NCBI GenBank assembly: GCA_038252065.1
Contig: JBBSAQ010000015.1
Coordinates: forward strand, 10,444-74,443
Source: Chitinophagales bacterium
GTDB lineage: Bacteria; Bacteroidota; Bacteroidia; Chitinophagales; Saprospiraceae
Reading direction: 5' to 3'
Length of the DNA: 64,000 bases
Shown here: positions 1 through 10,450 of the stretch, in pieces
Position numbering within the stretch: position 1 is the stretch's first letter
Layout of the letters: every line of letters begins with the position of its first letter
Notes under the pieces: generated by a model
What the model saw: the letters and a program-made list of their open reading frames with translations, nothing else
Told to the model about the DNA's origin: nothing
Databases searched by the model: none
Made by a program: the position numbers and the translations under genes

Positions 1-1917
1 CTTCAGCATAGAAGTCAACAAATCCATCTTCGATGTGCGGCAGAAAAGGACTTTTTTCCTGGTGAAGAAGTTGTTGTATATTGTTTTTCGCGGATGTCTC
101 GCTTTTTTGAATGGTTGAAGGTTGTTGAATAATGAGAAGTGTATCAATGGAAGGGGGAATCAATACCGTACGACTAAATCCCGGCCAAAGTATTTCAATC
201 GAATCAATACCTTTTTCATCTCCGATACCTATGATTTGCTTGTAATCCATAGAAGATTGGAAACCTCGTGAAGGCATTACTTCAGAAGTAAAAACTTTAT
301 GATGTGCGAAAGCATGAATGGTGGCCCCGATTGCATACGTATTTGGAGATTGTCCCTGAAGCTTTAACGCTATAAAATGATTGGTCCCTGATTGACGCTC
401 ATTATTTTTGTACAAAAAAGCTTCCTGATTGACATTATTGACTACCAGATCAAGATCCCCGTCATTATCAAGATCTCCATAGGCGGCTCCGTTGGAAAAT
501 GAAGGTACATTGGGCCCCCAGCTCGTAGATACATCATCAAATTTCAGATCTCCTTTATTCCTAAATATTTTATTCAGAATACGTGTTGATGGCATTTTAT
601 TGACCACATTTTCCACTTCTTCTTTTTTTCCGGTCAATACCATTTTCTGAATAATATCATCTGCGAAAAAATCAATGAAGTCCTGGTCAGTAACATCTTG
701 CTGGATCCCATTACATACATAGATATCTTTCCATCCATCCAGATCCATGTCCATGAGTAGTGCCCCCCAACTCCAATCTGAGGCTGCTACACCAGCGTAA
801 TGGGCTACATCCGCAAAAGTCCCATCGCCACGATTGTATTGAAGTGTGTTTTGCATAAACTGGTGATGAAAATTTCTTTGTCGCTTTATAATGTTCAGCG
901 AATAACTTTCGAATGAAGCCGTAGATCTCAATCGATAATCATCATCAGGTAGCATATCGGTGACAAAAATTTCGGGATTACCATCATTGTTAAGATCTGC
1001 CATATCTGCTCCCATTGATGACAGGCTGATATGGTCGGTGCGGTTTATTATATCCTCCGTGAATGTCCCATTTCCATTATTGATGTATAGATAGTCGCGT
1101 TCGTAAAAATCATTTGACACATATATGTCTGGCCAGCGATCATGATTGATATCGCCCACAGTGACACCCAGACCAAATCCGATAAGACTGTTGTAGATCC
1201 CGGCTTCGTGTGTGATATCGGTAAAATGACCATTGTCATTTCGTAAAAACTGATCGCCTCCTTTTTTTAGAAAATCTTTGACAGGCCAGTCATTGGCTGC
1301 AAGATCGCGTCGACCACTCATGTTGAGTGTATTGACAGGAATAAATGAGTTGTTCAGGATATAAGCATCCAGATCACCATCCAGGTCAAAATCAAAAAAT
1401 GCGGCATGCGTCGTGTAGCCATTATTGTTCAGACCATAGGCCTTAGCTTCTTCAGTGAAGGTGAGATCATGGTGGTTGATATACAATTCATTCTCCTGAT
1501 TGTCTCCGCTGATGTATCCAGCATTACATACATAGATATCCAGCCAGCCATCGCCATTGATATCGACCATCACTACACCGGTACTCCATTTTCCTTTGCG
1601 TTTTAATCCGGCTTTGTCTGTGATTTCTTCAAAGGTGAAATTTCCTTTGTTGAGGAACATTTTGTTTTCAACGGCATTGCCCGTCAGGAATACATCAGGC
1701 AAGCCATCATTATTGATATCTCCGATACCTACGCCACCGCCATTGTAGAAATTGCGGTAATTGAAAATATTTAATTCACGGGTGTTCTTTACGTCATTAC
1801 TAAAAACCAGGCCTGATGAAGAAGAAGGGATAGCGGTAAACAGCGTGGTGTTGTTCTCCTGATGGGTACATGCCAGAAAAGCCACGATCACAAAGCAGGG
1901 AACAACAAAATTTTTCA
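1..1917 (-). CDS. FG-GAP/VCBS-repeat protein with an ASPIC/UnbV-like C-terminal region (CRTAC1 family). The N-terminus is complete and the C-terminus runs off the left edge
   Basis: Absent from the ORF track because no stop codon lies in the window. Hand translation from the ATG at 1917 gives MKNFVVPCFVIVAFLACTHQ..., a lipoprotein-like signal. At least seven D-x-[DN]-x-D-G calcium-loop repeats follow: GDINNDGLPDVF, VDINGDGWLDIYVCN, FDFDLDGDLDAYILN, GDINHDRWPDIYVSN, ADLNNDGNPEIFVTD, MDMDLDGWKDIYVCN and GDLDNDGDLDLVVNN. After these comes ...IALKLQGQSPNTYAIGATIHAF...SRGFQSSMDY, typical of the UnbV/ASPIC domain. Confidence 0.8.
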
Positions 1918-1978
1918 TAAGGCAAATCAAGCAATAGATTGGATGGGCAGGAAATCGCAGTGCTGTAGGGGCTAAGCT

Positions 1979-2017
1979 AAAAAAAAGAAGGCAGACCATG
2001 TGTAATGGTCTGCCTTC
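1979..2017 (-). terminator. Rho-independent terminator downstream of susD
   Basis: A perfect 12-bp stem GAAGGCAGACCA / TGGTCTGCCTTC (1987-2017) encloses a 7-nt loop. On the minus strand it is followed by a T8 run (A8 at 1979-1986 on plus), 23 nt after the susD-like stop. Confidence 0.8.
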
Positions 2018-2039
2018 GAAGTGTAAGTTTTAGTAAATA

Positions 2040-3575
2040 CTAGTAGCCGGGATTTTGCTCCAGGTTTGGATTTACTGAAAGTGCAGCAGCCGGGATCGGG
2101 AATAATAATCTTTCCGGACCTGATACTGCTTTTCCTTGTCTGGCATCGAGGAAATGACCAAAACGAATGAGGTCTTGTCTTCTCCATCCTTCCCAGTACA
2201 ATTCTCTTCCGCGCTCAGCTAACAAACCGTCTAAATCTAAAGAGCCGAGTTGTGAAGCATTACGAACTGACCTTAAATTATTGACTATATCTAAGGCTCC
2301 TGATGCATTTCCTGTTCTCAATAAGGCTTCTGCCTTCATCAGTAATACATCAGCGTAACGGAAGAAAACATAATCATTGTCCTTGAAATCGCCATTTTCA
2401 AAATCAGGAGGATATTTAACTACCCGGATTCCGGTCACTTCAAGATTGTTGCCTGTTTCAACAGGATTGATTTCAGGTGTAAATGACAGATCATTGCCTT
2501 TACGATCTTTCAGGGCAACACCATCCTGGTCATATTGCTGACCGATAAGGAAACCTACCTTGAGTCCTGAAACGTCTGTCACGCCAGGGTAACTGCCACC
2601 TAAACGTACATCACCAGGTTCAAAGGAATCATATAAATCGCTGAGCGTGGTAAAACCATTCCAACCGCTTGGATTTTGGTTGTAATGCAAAGTGCAAAAC
2701 CACCTTGAACGAACGCCATTGCCTGTATTTGGACCAGGATTTACACCTGCTTCTGTGGCAAGAGTCCAAATATTTTCAGACGAATTCGCATCGTTGTTTG
2801 GCGCGAAGTTTTCAAAATAATTGCCATCAAGGCTGTATTTGCCGCTGTTGATGATGGCATCGGCTAATGTGATGACCTGATTCATATCACCTGCATCAAA
2901 CGTAGGTGACTGGCGATTGGCAAAAGTACCTTTATTGAGGTATGCTTTCATGAGCAGAACTCTGGCTGCATCCTGATTTGCCTTGTTGACCGGAGGCGCT
3001 ACAGGCAATTCATTTACGATAGCAGTGAGTTCACTGATCACAAAATCCAATGCTGCAGGACCTTGTAATACCTGTGGAGCATTTAACAGATTTTCACCTG
3101 GATTTCTGTAAGGAACCTGATTCCATCCGTCTGCTACTGCGAACATTGCAAAAGCCCTGAGGAAACGTGCTTCTGAAGCCTGTTGGGGAGTCGTATTAAA
3201 GTTGAGAATATTGGTTGTCGTAAAGACCTCCTGCAATAGGGCGTTAAATGTGGCCCCCACGTAAGCATGGTCTGCTGTCCACTGGTGTGTATGCAAGACA
3301 CGCCAAACTCCATTGTCATCCCAGTCCGGTCCTCTGGTAGGGCCTAAAACTTCGTCTGAAGTATGTTCTGATAAAGCCCAAAGCTGAGCCTGATCCAAAA
3401 AAGGAAGACGAAGACCATCATATGCTGATTTGAGGATGGCATTGACATCCGTATGTGCATTGAGGTATGCTTCTGCTTCACTCTTTGTAAGATCCTGATT
3501 TAGATGTTCATCAAGATTTGTACAGGAGCAAAGCCAAGCCAGCCCGAGTAATACTAAATATTTATGTGATTTCAT
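2040..3575 (-). CDS. SusD/RagB-family nutrient-binding outer-membrane lipoprotein
   Basis: 511 aa. Lipoprotein signal MKSHKYLVLLGLAWLCSC. The C-terminal motifs ...FFRYADVLLMKAEAL... and ...ERGRELYWEGWRRQDLIRFG... are characteristic of SusD-like proteins. It lies immediately downstream of a SusC-type gene, with a 20-bp gap. Confidence 0.9.
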   Translation of the reverse strand: MKSHKYLVLLGLAWLCSCTNLDEHLNQDLTKSEAEAYLNAHTDVNAILKSAYDGLRLPFLDQAQLWALSEHTSDEVLGPTRGPDWDDNGVWRVLHTHQWTADHAYVGATFNALLQEVFTTTNILNFNTTPQQASEARFLRAFAMFAVADGWNQVPYRNPGENLLNAPQVLQGPAALDFVISELTAIVNELPVAPPVNKANQDAARVLLMKAYLNKGTFANRQSPTFDAGDMNQVITLADAIINSGKYSLDGNYFENFAPNNDANSSENIWTLATEAGVNPGPNTGNGVRSRWFCTLHYNQNPSGWNGFTTLSDLYDSFEPGDVRLGGSYPGVTDVSGLKVGFLIGQQYDQDGVALKDRKGNDLSFTPEINPVETGNNLEVTGIRVVKYPPDFENGDFKDNDYVFFRYADVLLMKAEALLRTGNASGALDIVNNLRSVRNASQLGSLDLDGLLAERGRELYWEGWRRQDLIRFGHFLDARQGKAVSGPERLLFPIPAAALSVNPNLEQNPGY

Positions 3576-3595
3576 TTCGATGATGATTTTTATTA

Positions 3596-6559
3596 TTAGA
3601 AGCTAAAATTAGCACCAACAAGAATAGTTCTTGCCGAAGGATAAGGTATGTATTCGATACCGAAAGAAGGAAGACCACTATCTGCTGTAACATTCACTGT
3701 ATTCACTTCCGGATCGAATCCTGAATAGTTCGTAAATACCAACAAATTCTGTCCGGTTACATAGATCCTTGTGTTTTTGAACGTAGTTCCGATTTTTCCA
3801 AGGTCATACGACAAAGATGCACTTGAAAGTTTCACGAAGTCTCCATTTTCAAGATAACGGCTGGATGCTTTGATCGCATTTGAAGTTGCTTCCTGCTGAG
3901 CCCCGTCAAGCAGGCTGGCATCAATGTTACGTGAGCCCAGATTACCAATAGGGATGACAGACATTTGCGTATTGTTATAGATCTGATAACCCATCGCGCC
4001 GGTGAAATTGAGATTAAGATTAAAATGACCAACACCCAGGTCTGTGTTAAAACCTAATTGAATGTTTGCATTCGGATCACCGAGAAATGAAAGAGACTCA
4101 TCATCTGCATAAATGCTCTGTCCATTCTCATCAATTCCAAGGTGATTGCGCAGATAAAAAGCATTTAGTGGTTGACCATTTTCAAGTCTCATACTTGTAG
4201 CACCTGAACTGCCTTGCCCGAAAAGCTGTCCATAAGGCAAATTAGGGCCCGTGTAATTCTCTAATTTATTGCTCAAGAAAGAAATGTTTCCACCGATATC
4301 CCATCTGAAATTATTATTATTAACAGCATTTAAGTTGAGTGTAACTTCCAATCCTGAATTGATGACATCTCCATCGAGATTGATCCAGTAAAAGCCTGCA
4401 GGTGCAGGTTGGATCGTTGGGAACTGGAATAACAAATCCTTGCTGTCTTTGTGGAAATATTCTACTGTACCTGATAGTTTAGAGTTCAGGATAGAAAAAT
4501 CAACGCCTACATTTAATGTTGTGGTTGTTTCCCACTTCAAATCAGGATTAGCTACGTTGGTAAGGGCAATTGTTCCTTGTTGGAAAGCATATCTTTCCTG
4601 AGCTGCTCCTGCTGGAAATTCTGAATTACCTACCTGACCCCATCCTGCTCTTAGTTTTAATTGGTCAAAAGGGCCATTAGCAAGGAATGGTTCTGTATGC
4701 ATATTCCATGCTACACCAACTGCAGGGAAAAAAGCATACTTGTTGTTTGCACCGAATTTGCTTGATCCATCTGATCTGGCCGTCAATGTCAGCAGATATT
4801 TGTCTGCATAATTGAAGCCTGCACGTACGAAGTAGGATTGTAATTCTGTAGAAGGATTATTATAAGAAGAAATATTGCGACTTGACTGAGATGAATTCTG
4901 AAGAATAGATGTGTAATCAAACACAGGAAGAATAAAATCCTTCGCAAATATACCGGCTCCTCTTTCATCAAGTTTTTGATATTCAAACCCAGCGACAGCA
5001 TTCAGATTGATTTTTGACGTGATGTCATGTGTATAACTCAATGTATGTGTAAGGATTTGGTTTGTGATTCTCTTATCCCAAATACCTGCTACACCTCTGC
5101 CTTCGACATCCTGAACATTGATCCATGAAGCAATCTGAGCCCTGCGACTACCTATACCATTAGTCACACTGTATGTAAGTCTATAGACAAGATCATCGGT
5201 TATTTTATATGAAGGTGAGATGCTTGCAATGATATCTACCGAATTGGTCTGGTCTTTATATGCATCAAGTAATGCTACTGGATTGGTGAAGTTTCCAAAT
5301 GCGGGAAGAATTACCGGAGACCCATCATCATTGTACAACTTGTGCGTAGGATTCCACTGTAAAGCATTGCCTATCAAGCTGCCTCTGAAATCAGCATTGG
5401 ATGTGATAGGAGGACCATCCTGTCTGGTTTGTGCAGTGATGAGATTGAAGTCTAAACCCAGCCTTTTGTTGTCCAGGAATTGAAATCCTCCGCCAAGGCT
5501 TGCACTCAATCGGCGTATGTCATTGTTTTTCACAATACCTTCCTGATCAAGATAACCCAACGAAATACGATAAGAACCATTCTCATTTCCACCATTGATA
5601 GCTATAGAATGATTGTTGGTCATACCCGTCTGTAATATGGCATCCTGTGCGTCTACGCTGGCTCCATAATCACCGGTAGTGAGACCATATTCTGACAAAG
5701 CCGCTCTGTACTCAGAAGCAGAAAGTACATTGTATTTGTGAAGCACTGTGCTGAATCCAACAGATGTGTTGACGTCAATGGTAGGACTTCCAAGCTTTCC
5801 TTTTTTAGTGGTAATAATGATGACACCATTAGCGCCTCTTGATCCATAGATCGCTGTGGCTGATGCGTCTTTCAACACTTGCATTGAAGCGATATCACTT
5901 GGATTCAGATAATTCAACGGGTTTAGACCCGGTGTATCGCCCATCGATGCACCATTTGCTCCAGAAGGAGAACTTGATCCACCTGACATCTGCACACCAT
6001 CCACTACAAATAATGGTTGATTGCCAGTACGAATGGAAGAGTTTCCTCTTATTCTCACGGTTGTTAAACCGCCTGGTTGACCACTGTTATTAATAATCTG
6101 AACACCTGCTGCCCGACCCTGTATTAATTGCTCAGGTGAAGTGTATACACCTTTGTTGAAATCTTTTTCTCCAACGGCAACAACTGAACCTGTCAGGTCA
6201 GCTTTTCGTACAGAGCCATAGCCCACGACTACGACTTCTTCAAACAATTCTCCGGCCGTAAGAGTGGCATTATATACCATATCGGAGCCAACAGTAATTT
6301 CCTGTGTCTTATAACCTGTGTAGGTTATTACCAGTACATCTCCGGTTTTGGCCATAATGGAATAGTTGCCGTTAAAGTCAGCAACGGTACCTGTGCCCGT
6401 TCCTTTGATCACGACGTTTGCTCCGATCAATGGTTCACCGGTAGCGGCATCTGTTAGAGTTCCTGTTAGATTTTTCTGGCCATAGGAGAATCCCACAAGC
6501 AGAAAAACGAAACAAATACTCAGCAAACATCGAAAAGAAATAAGTAAATGTCTGTTCAT
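3596..6559 (-). CDS. SusC/RagA-family TonB-dependent outer-membrane transporter
   Basis: 987 aa. The N-terminal carboxypeptidase-regulatory-like domain reads LTGTLTDAATGEPLIGANVVIKGTGTGTVADFNGNYSI. The plug motif reads IASMQVLKDASATAIYGSRGANGVIIITTKKG. The C-terminal beta-barrel ends in ...VGANFSF. Paired with the susD-like gene. Confidence 0.93.
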   Translation of the reverse strand: MNRHLLISFRCLLSICFVFLLVGFSYGQKNLTGTLTDAATGEPLIGANVVIKGTGTGTVADFNGNYSIMAKTGDVLVITYTGYKTQEITVGSDMVYNATLTAGELFEEVVVVGYGSVRKADLTGSVVAVGEKDFNKGVYTSPEQLIQGRAAGVQIINNSGQPGGLTTVRIRGNSSIRTGNQPLFVVDGVQMSGGSSSPSGANGASMGDTPGLNPLNYLNPSDIASMQVLKDASATAIYGSRGANGVIIITTKKGKLGSPTIDVNTSVGFSTVLHKYNVLSASEYRAALSEYGLTTGDYGASVDAQDAILQTGMTNNHSIAINGGNENGSYRISLGYLDQEGIVKNNDIRRLSASLGGGFQFLDNKRLGLDFNLITAQTRQDGPPITSNADFRGSLIGNALQWNPTHKLYNDDGSPVILPAFGNFTNPVALLDAYKDQTNSVDIIASISPSYKITDDLVYRLTYSVTNGIGSRRAQIASWINVQDVEGRGVAGIWDKRITNQILTHTLSYTHDITSKINLNAVAGFEYQKLDERGAGIFAKDFILPVFDYTSILQNSSQSSRNISSYNNPSTELQSYFVRAGFNYADKYLLTLTARSDGSSKFGANNKYAFFPAVGVAWNMHTEPFLANGPFDQLKLRAGWGQVGNSEFPAGAAQERYAFQQGTIALTNVANPDLKWETTTTLNVGVDFSILNSKLSGTVEYFHKDSKDLLFQFPTIQPAPAGFYWINLDGDVINSGLEVTLNLNAVNNNNFRWDIGGNISFLSNKLENYTGPNLPYGQLFGQGSSGATSMRLENGQPLNAFYLRNHLGIDENGQSIYADDESLSFLGDPNANIQLGFNTDLGVGHFNLNLNFTGAMGYQIYNNTQMSVIPIGNLGSRNIDASLLDGAQQEATSNAIKASSRYLENGDFVKLSSASLSYDLGKIGTTFKNTRIYVTGQNLLVFTNYSGFDPEVNTVNVTADSGLPSFGIEYIPYPSARTILVGANFSF

Positions 6560-7192
6560 ACTTAGTTAGTTTTTGAAAAAGCTGATAAAAATGTTTTGAT
6601 TGTTTTGTGTATTACTTTAAGTTGAAATAAAGCCGTTATTGACCTGACCTAATAGATACAAACATTATCTATATGCAATCATGTAGTTCAGTAATGTGGA
6701 AAATGATCGAAATATCCGGCTGGCATCGATGGTAAGGGAGCTTTGTCAAGAATTTAGGATAAAAGATGTTGTAAATGAGGACAATAGCTTTTCCTTGTAA
6801 TAAAAGGTGTGAATGCGAATTGGATGAGGGATCATTCTACCCTGGAAGATTTTCGTTAAAATTTTCCGATGACAATATTAACAAATAGTTTACAAGATAT
6901 TAAAATATTATTAGAAAATCATAACCAAAACAATTTCAGCCTTTAAATTCTCAGCGTCACTTCAGTCAAATCGCTTTATTTGTCTAATGGGGATGGCTCG
7001 TATCTTAAGCTTTAACTCCTGCATTCCATATATCATGGATTGTTTAAAAGGAAAGTTTCAAATAGGAAGTAGAATTGAGAATGGTAATGCCGCCTGGTAT
7101 ATATTCATAGCGTGAATGTATCGATACCATGATGGAATATCAATATCTTCGGGTTATTGTCTGTATTTTAATCTGGTAGTGAATCTTTTTGT

Positions 7193-9199
7193 ATGATGAA
7201 GATTGTAACTCTGCTTTTTATTTTTTCCTTCTTTGCTTTCAGGTTGCAGGCCCAGGAAAATAGTCAACAACATAGCCTGACACCTTCGGAAGAAAAATTG
7301 ATGCCGGATTATCTGAAGAAGCAAAGCGTTAATGAAGCCAGGCGCATACCTATGGCACCACCCACGAATGTAAGGACCATGGCAGAATGGGAACAGATAC
7401 AGGCTGTCACCATAGCCTGGACCGGACAAGCGACTATCCTGAAAGAAATCGTACGGAATGCAGTCAATGAATGTAAAGTTCTGATCATCACTACGGATTC
7501 TATATCGGTCACCAATCAACTTACAAATGCCGGCATCCCGATGGATTCTGTGAGGTTTGTGGTCACGCCGTTCAATTCGATTTGGGTATGTGATTACGGT
7601 GGATGGTCAGTATATAGTAATGATGTGGATTCACTTTGGCAAATAGACTGGATCTATAACAGACCTCGACCCCAGGATGATGCAACACCCGTAGCAGTAG
7701 CTGATTATTTGCATATTCCTTTGTATGAAGCTACTGTCGATCCTGATGATTTTGTGCATACCGGAGGTAATCATTTTTCAGATGGTTTGCGCAATGCATT
7801 TTCCTCCATGCTGGTACTTGAAGAAAATAGTGATAAGACTGAAGATGAAATTGATACCATTGCCAAAAAATACCTGGGTGTCGAGCAATATGTGAAATTT
7901 CCCACACTACCTTATGATGGCATTCATCACCTTGATATGCACATGCGGATCATTGATGAAGAAACGATCATTGTCGGTGAGTATCCTGATGGTGTGGCTG
8001 ACGGACCTCAAATCAATGCCAACATTGAATATCTGAACAATGAAATAAAAACTTCATTCGGACATCCCTACAGGATCATCAGAATGCCTATGCCTCCTGA
8101 TGCTAGTAATCGATATCCCGATCATGGGGGGAATTACAGGACATATACAAATGCTGTTTTTCTCAATAAGACACTTCTCGTTCCTACGTATGAAGAGAAA
8201 TATGATACAACAGCATTGCGTATTTACCGGGAAAATTTACCTGGTTATAATGTTGTCGGGATCAATTGCAATTCAATCATTTCATCCTTAGGTGCATTGC
8301 ATTGTATCACAAAGCTCGTAGGTGTCACGGATCCACTATTGATAGCCCACGCTCGTCTTAGGGACTCTGACAATGCTGAGCAGGATTATCCTGTGAAAGC
8401 ATACATAAGACACAGCAGTGGAATTGCAGGTGCTGATCTTTATTATCGATTGGCCGGAGATTCTCTATATACTAAAGTCATCATGTCCTTATCTGATACC
8501 CTTCAAAACATTTGGTCCGCCGTCATACCTGCGCAGGTATCCGGATCGGAAGTTCAATATTATATACAGGCAAGATCAAACAGTGGTAAAGAGCAGGTGA
8601 GGCCAATCGTTGCCCCAAAAGGATATTTTAATTTCAGGATTAAAGGACAACTCATCAATCAACCGCCAACGACCACGATTACATATCCTCCGGATCAATC
8701 TGTTTTTTCAATTGACCAGTCTAGCCTCACATTTCAATTTGATGCAGATGATACAGACGGAACTGTCCAACAGGTTGTATTATATATTAATGGTGATTCA
8801 ATAACCACTTTGAATACTTCGCCATATACGTATGATTGGATATTTCCTGCGGAGGGTGCATATGAAATCCGTATTAAAGCCATAGATGATGATGGGGCCG
8901 AATCCTGGAGTGCACCTGTACAAGTAATGATTGAAGCGACTACAAGTGTTGGAAATGTGGGTGACATGCATATCAGATTATATCCAAATCCGGTTGATGA
9001 TATCTTGTGGCTGGAACATCAAAACGGGAATTTAAGTCAGATATCTATCAGCAATTTAATCGGACAATCTGTTTCCCTTCCGCAGATTATTCAAGGCGAT
9101 AGGAGTGGGTTTGATTTCTCCGAGGCTTCCTCCGGCATTTATTTTGTGAGGGGAGTGATGAATGGACAAGTGATAAGTGTGAAAGTAGTGAGGAGATAG
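7193..9199 (+). CDS. Secreted agmatine deiminase / peptidylarginine deiminase family (PAD_porph-type) protein with an Ig-like domain and a T9SS C-terminal sorting domain
   Basis: 668 aa. Signal peptide MMKIVTLLFIFSFFAFRLQAQ. Guanidino-modifying fold motifs are present, including the catalytic-cysteine motif SLGALHCITK near residue 370. An Ig-like repeat follows (FQFDADDTDGTVQQVVLYINGDS...AIDDDGAES). The C-terminus is Por-secretion-tail-like (LYPNPVDDILWLE...SGIYFVRGVMNGQVISVKVVRR). Confidence 0.8.
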   Translation: MMKIVTLLFIFSFFAFRLQAQENSQQHSLTPSEEKLMPDYLKKQSVNEARRIPMAPPTNVRTMAEWEQIQAVTIAWTGQATILKEIVRNAVNECKVLIITTDSISVTNQLTNAGIPMDSVRFVVTPFNSIWVCDYGGWSVYSNDVDSLWQIDWIYNRPRPQDDATPVAVADYLHIPLYEATVDPDDFVHTGGNHFSDGLRNAFSSMLVLEENSDKTEDEIDTIAKKYLGVEQYVKFPTLPYDGIHHLDMHMRIIDEETIIVGEYPDGVADGPQINANIEYLNNEIKTSFGHPYRIIRMPMPPDASNRYPDHGGNYRTYTNAVFLNKTLLVPTYEEKYDTTALRIYRENLPGYNVVGINCNSIISSLGALHCITKLVGVTDPLLIAHARLRDSDNAEQDYPVKAYIRHSSGIAGADLYYRLAGDSLYTKVIMSLSDTLQNIWSAVIPAQVSGSEVQYYIQARSNSGKEQVRPIVAPKGYFNFRIKGQLINQPPTTTITYPPDQSVFSIDQSSLTFQFDADDTDGTVQQVVLYINGDSITTLNTSPYTYDWIFPAEGAYEIRIKAIDDDGAESWSAPVQVMIEATTSVGNVGDMHIRLYPNPVDDILWLEHQNGNLSQISISNLIGQSVSLPQIIQGDRSGFDFSEASSGIYFVRGVMNGQVISVKVVRR

Positions 9200-9261
9200 T
9201 ACTCAATCGCTAGTTTGTGTCAGGATTAGATTTATCCAATCACAAATTCTTAAGTATTAAT

Positions 9262-10281
9262 ATGAAACAAAGAGACATACATGCACAGGGCGTATACGTA
9301 GCCAATGAGAACAGGTATGGTAAGATGATATACAGGCGATGCGGAAGGAGTGGCCTCCAATTGTCTGCACTTTCTTTCGGGCTATGGCACAATTTCGGAC
9401 ATGTGGATGATATTGAAAACGGTCGCAAGTTATTAAGGACATGTTTTGATTATGGCATTACACATTTTGACCTTGCTAATAATTATGGTCCTCCATACGG
9501 ATCTGCTGAGGAGAATTTTGGAAAAATATTCAGACAGGATTTTACGGGGTACAGAGATGAATTAATTATCTCGACAAAAGCCGGATGGGATATGTGGCCG
9601 GGGCCATACGGCAATCTGGGTTCACGTAAATATCTGCTGTCGAGTCTTGATCATAGCCTGAAACGAATGGGTCTTGAGTATGTGGATATCTTTTATTCGC
9701 ATCGGAGAGATCCGGATACACCGCTTGAAGAAACGATGGGCGCACTCCATACAGCTGTTCAGCAAGGGAAAGCATTGTACGTAGGTATTTCTCAATACAA
9801 ATCTGAAGACACGCGAAGAGCCTCCCAAATTCTGAAGGAGATGGGAACGCCTTGTCTGATCCATCAGCCGAGGTACAGTATGCTGGATCGATGGGTTGAG
9901 GATGATGGATTGTTGGATGTATTAGGAGAAGAAGGGATTGGTTGCATTCCGTTTTCTCCACTTGAGCAAGGTGTGCTAACCGACCGTTATCTCAAAGGTT
10001 TCCCTGAAGATAGTCGTGCAGTGAAAGACGGCCGATATCTTAAAACTACGCAGATCACAGATGACCGTTTGTCAAAAGTCAGAGTATTGAATCAAATAGC
10101 AATAAAGCGAGGACAATCACTCGCTCAGATGGCTATCGCCTGGTTATTGATTGATCCAAGAGTCACAACTATTCTGGTGGGTGCCAGCAGGCCGGAACAA
10201 ATCGATGACAATGTCGCTTCACTCAACAATCTTATTTTTTCGGATGAAGAGAAAAAAGAAATACGTGACGTTTTGAAGTAA
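9262..10281 (+). CDS. Aldo/keto reductase, YghZ/Gpr-like (L-glyceraldehyde-3-phosphate reductase type)
   Basis: Collinear similarity to E. coli YghZ as I recall it: YRRCGRSGLQLSALSFGLWHNFG, GITHFDLANNYGPPYGSAEENFG, DELIISTKAGWDMWPGPYG, GLEYVDIFYSHRRD and ALYVGISQY. The start was moved to the ATG at 9262; the track start at 9217 is not an ATG. Confidence 0.85.
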   Translation: MKQRDIHAQGVYVANENRYGKMIYRRCGRSGLQLSALSFGLWHNFGHVDDIENGRKLLRTCFDYGITHFDLANNYGPPYGSAEENFGKIFRQDFTGYRDELIISTKAGWDMWPGPYGNLGSRKYLLSSLDHSLKRMGLEYVDIFYSHRRDPDTPLEETMGALHTAVQQGKALYVGISQYKSEDTRRASQILKEMGTPCLIHQPRYSMLDRWVEDDGLLDVLGEEGIGCIPFSPLEQGVLTDRYLKGFPEDSRAVKDGRYLKTTQITDDRLSKVRVLNQIAIKRGQSLAQMAIAWLLIDPRVTTILVGASRPEQIDDNVASLNNLIFSDEEKKEIRDVLK

Positions 10282-10450
10282 GCATCCAGATTGCATTCAG
10301 TCCAAATGATTCATTAGTTAATCGAGGAAATGGAGTTCCTGATCGTGGGTATTACAATTTTTGAATGATTCACCTCTTCTTGTCAGAATCGCAACAGTAC
10401 TTTTGGACAGGCTCGCACGTTTAGCATTGAATAAACAATCATAAAATTCG

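Noticed and set aside
7154-7519. 121-aa minus-strand ORF overlapping the start of the deiminase gene
   Set aside because: It overlaps a well-supported plus-strand CDS, has no recognisable motif, and would leave the 630-bp upstream region without a signal.
9566-9961. 131-aa antisense ORF inside the aldo/keto reductase gene, with similar antisense ORFs in serS (33069-33497), recQ (62313-62729, 63124-63498), aroA (15894-16244) and the ABC genes
   Set aside because: All lie within strongly supported genes on the opposite strand and have no independent evidence.
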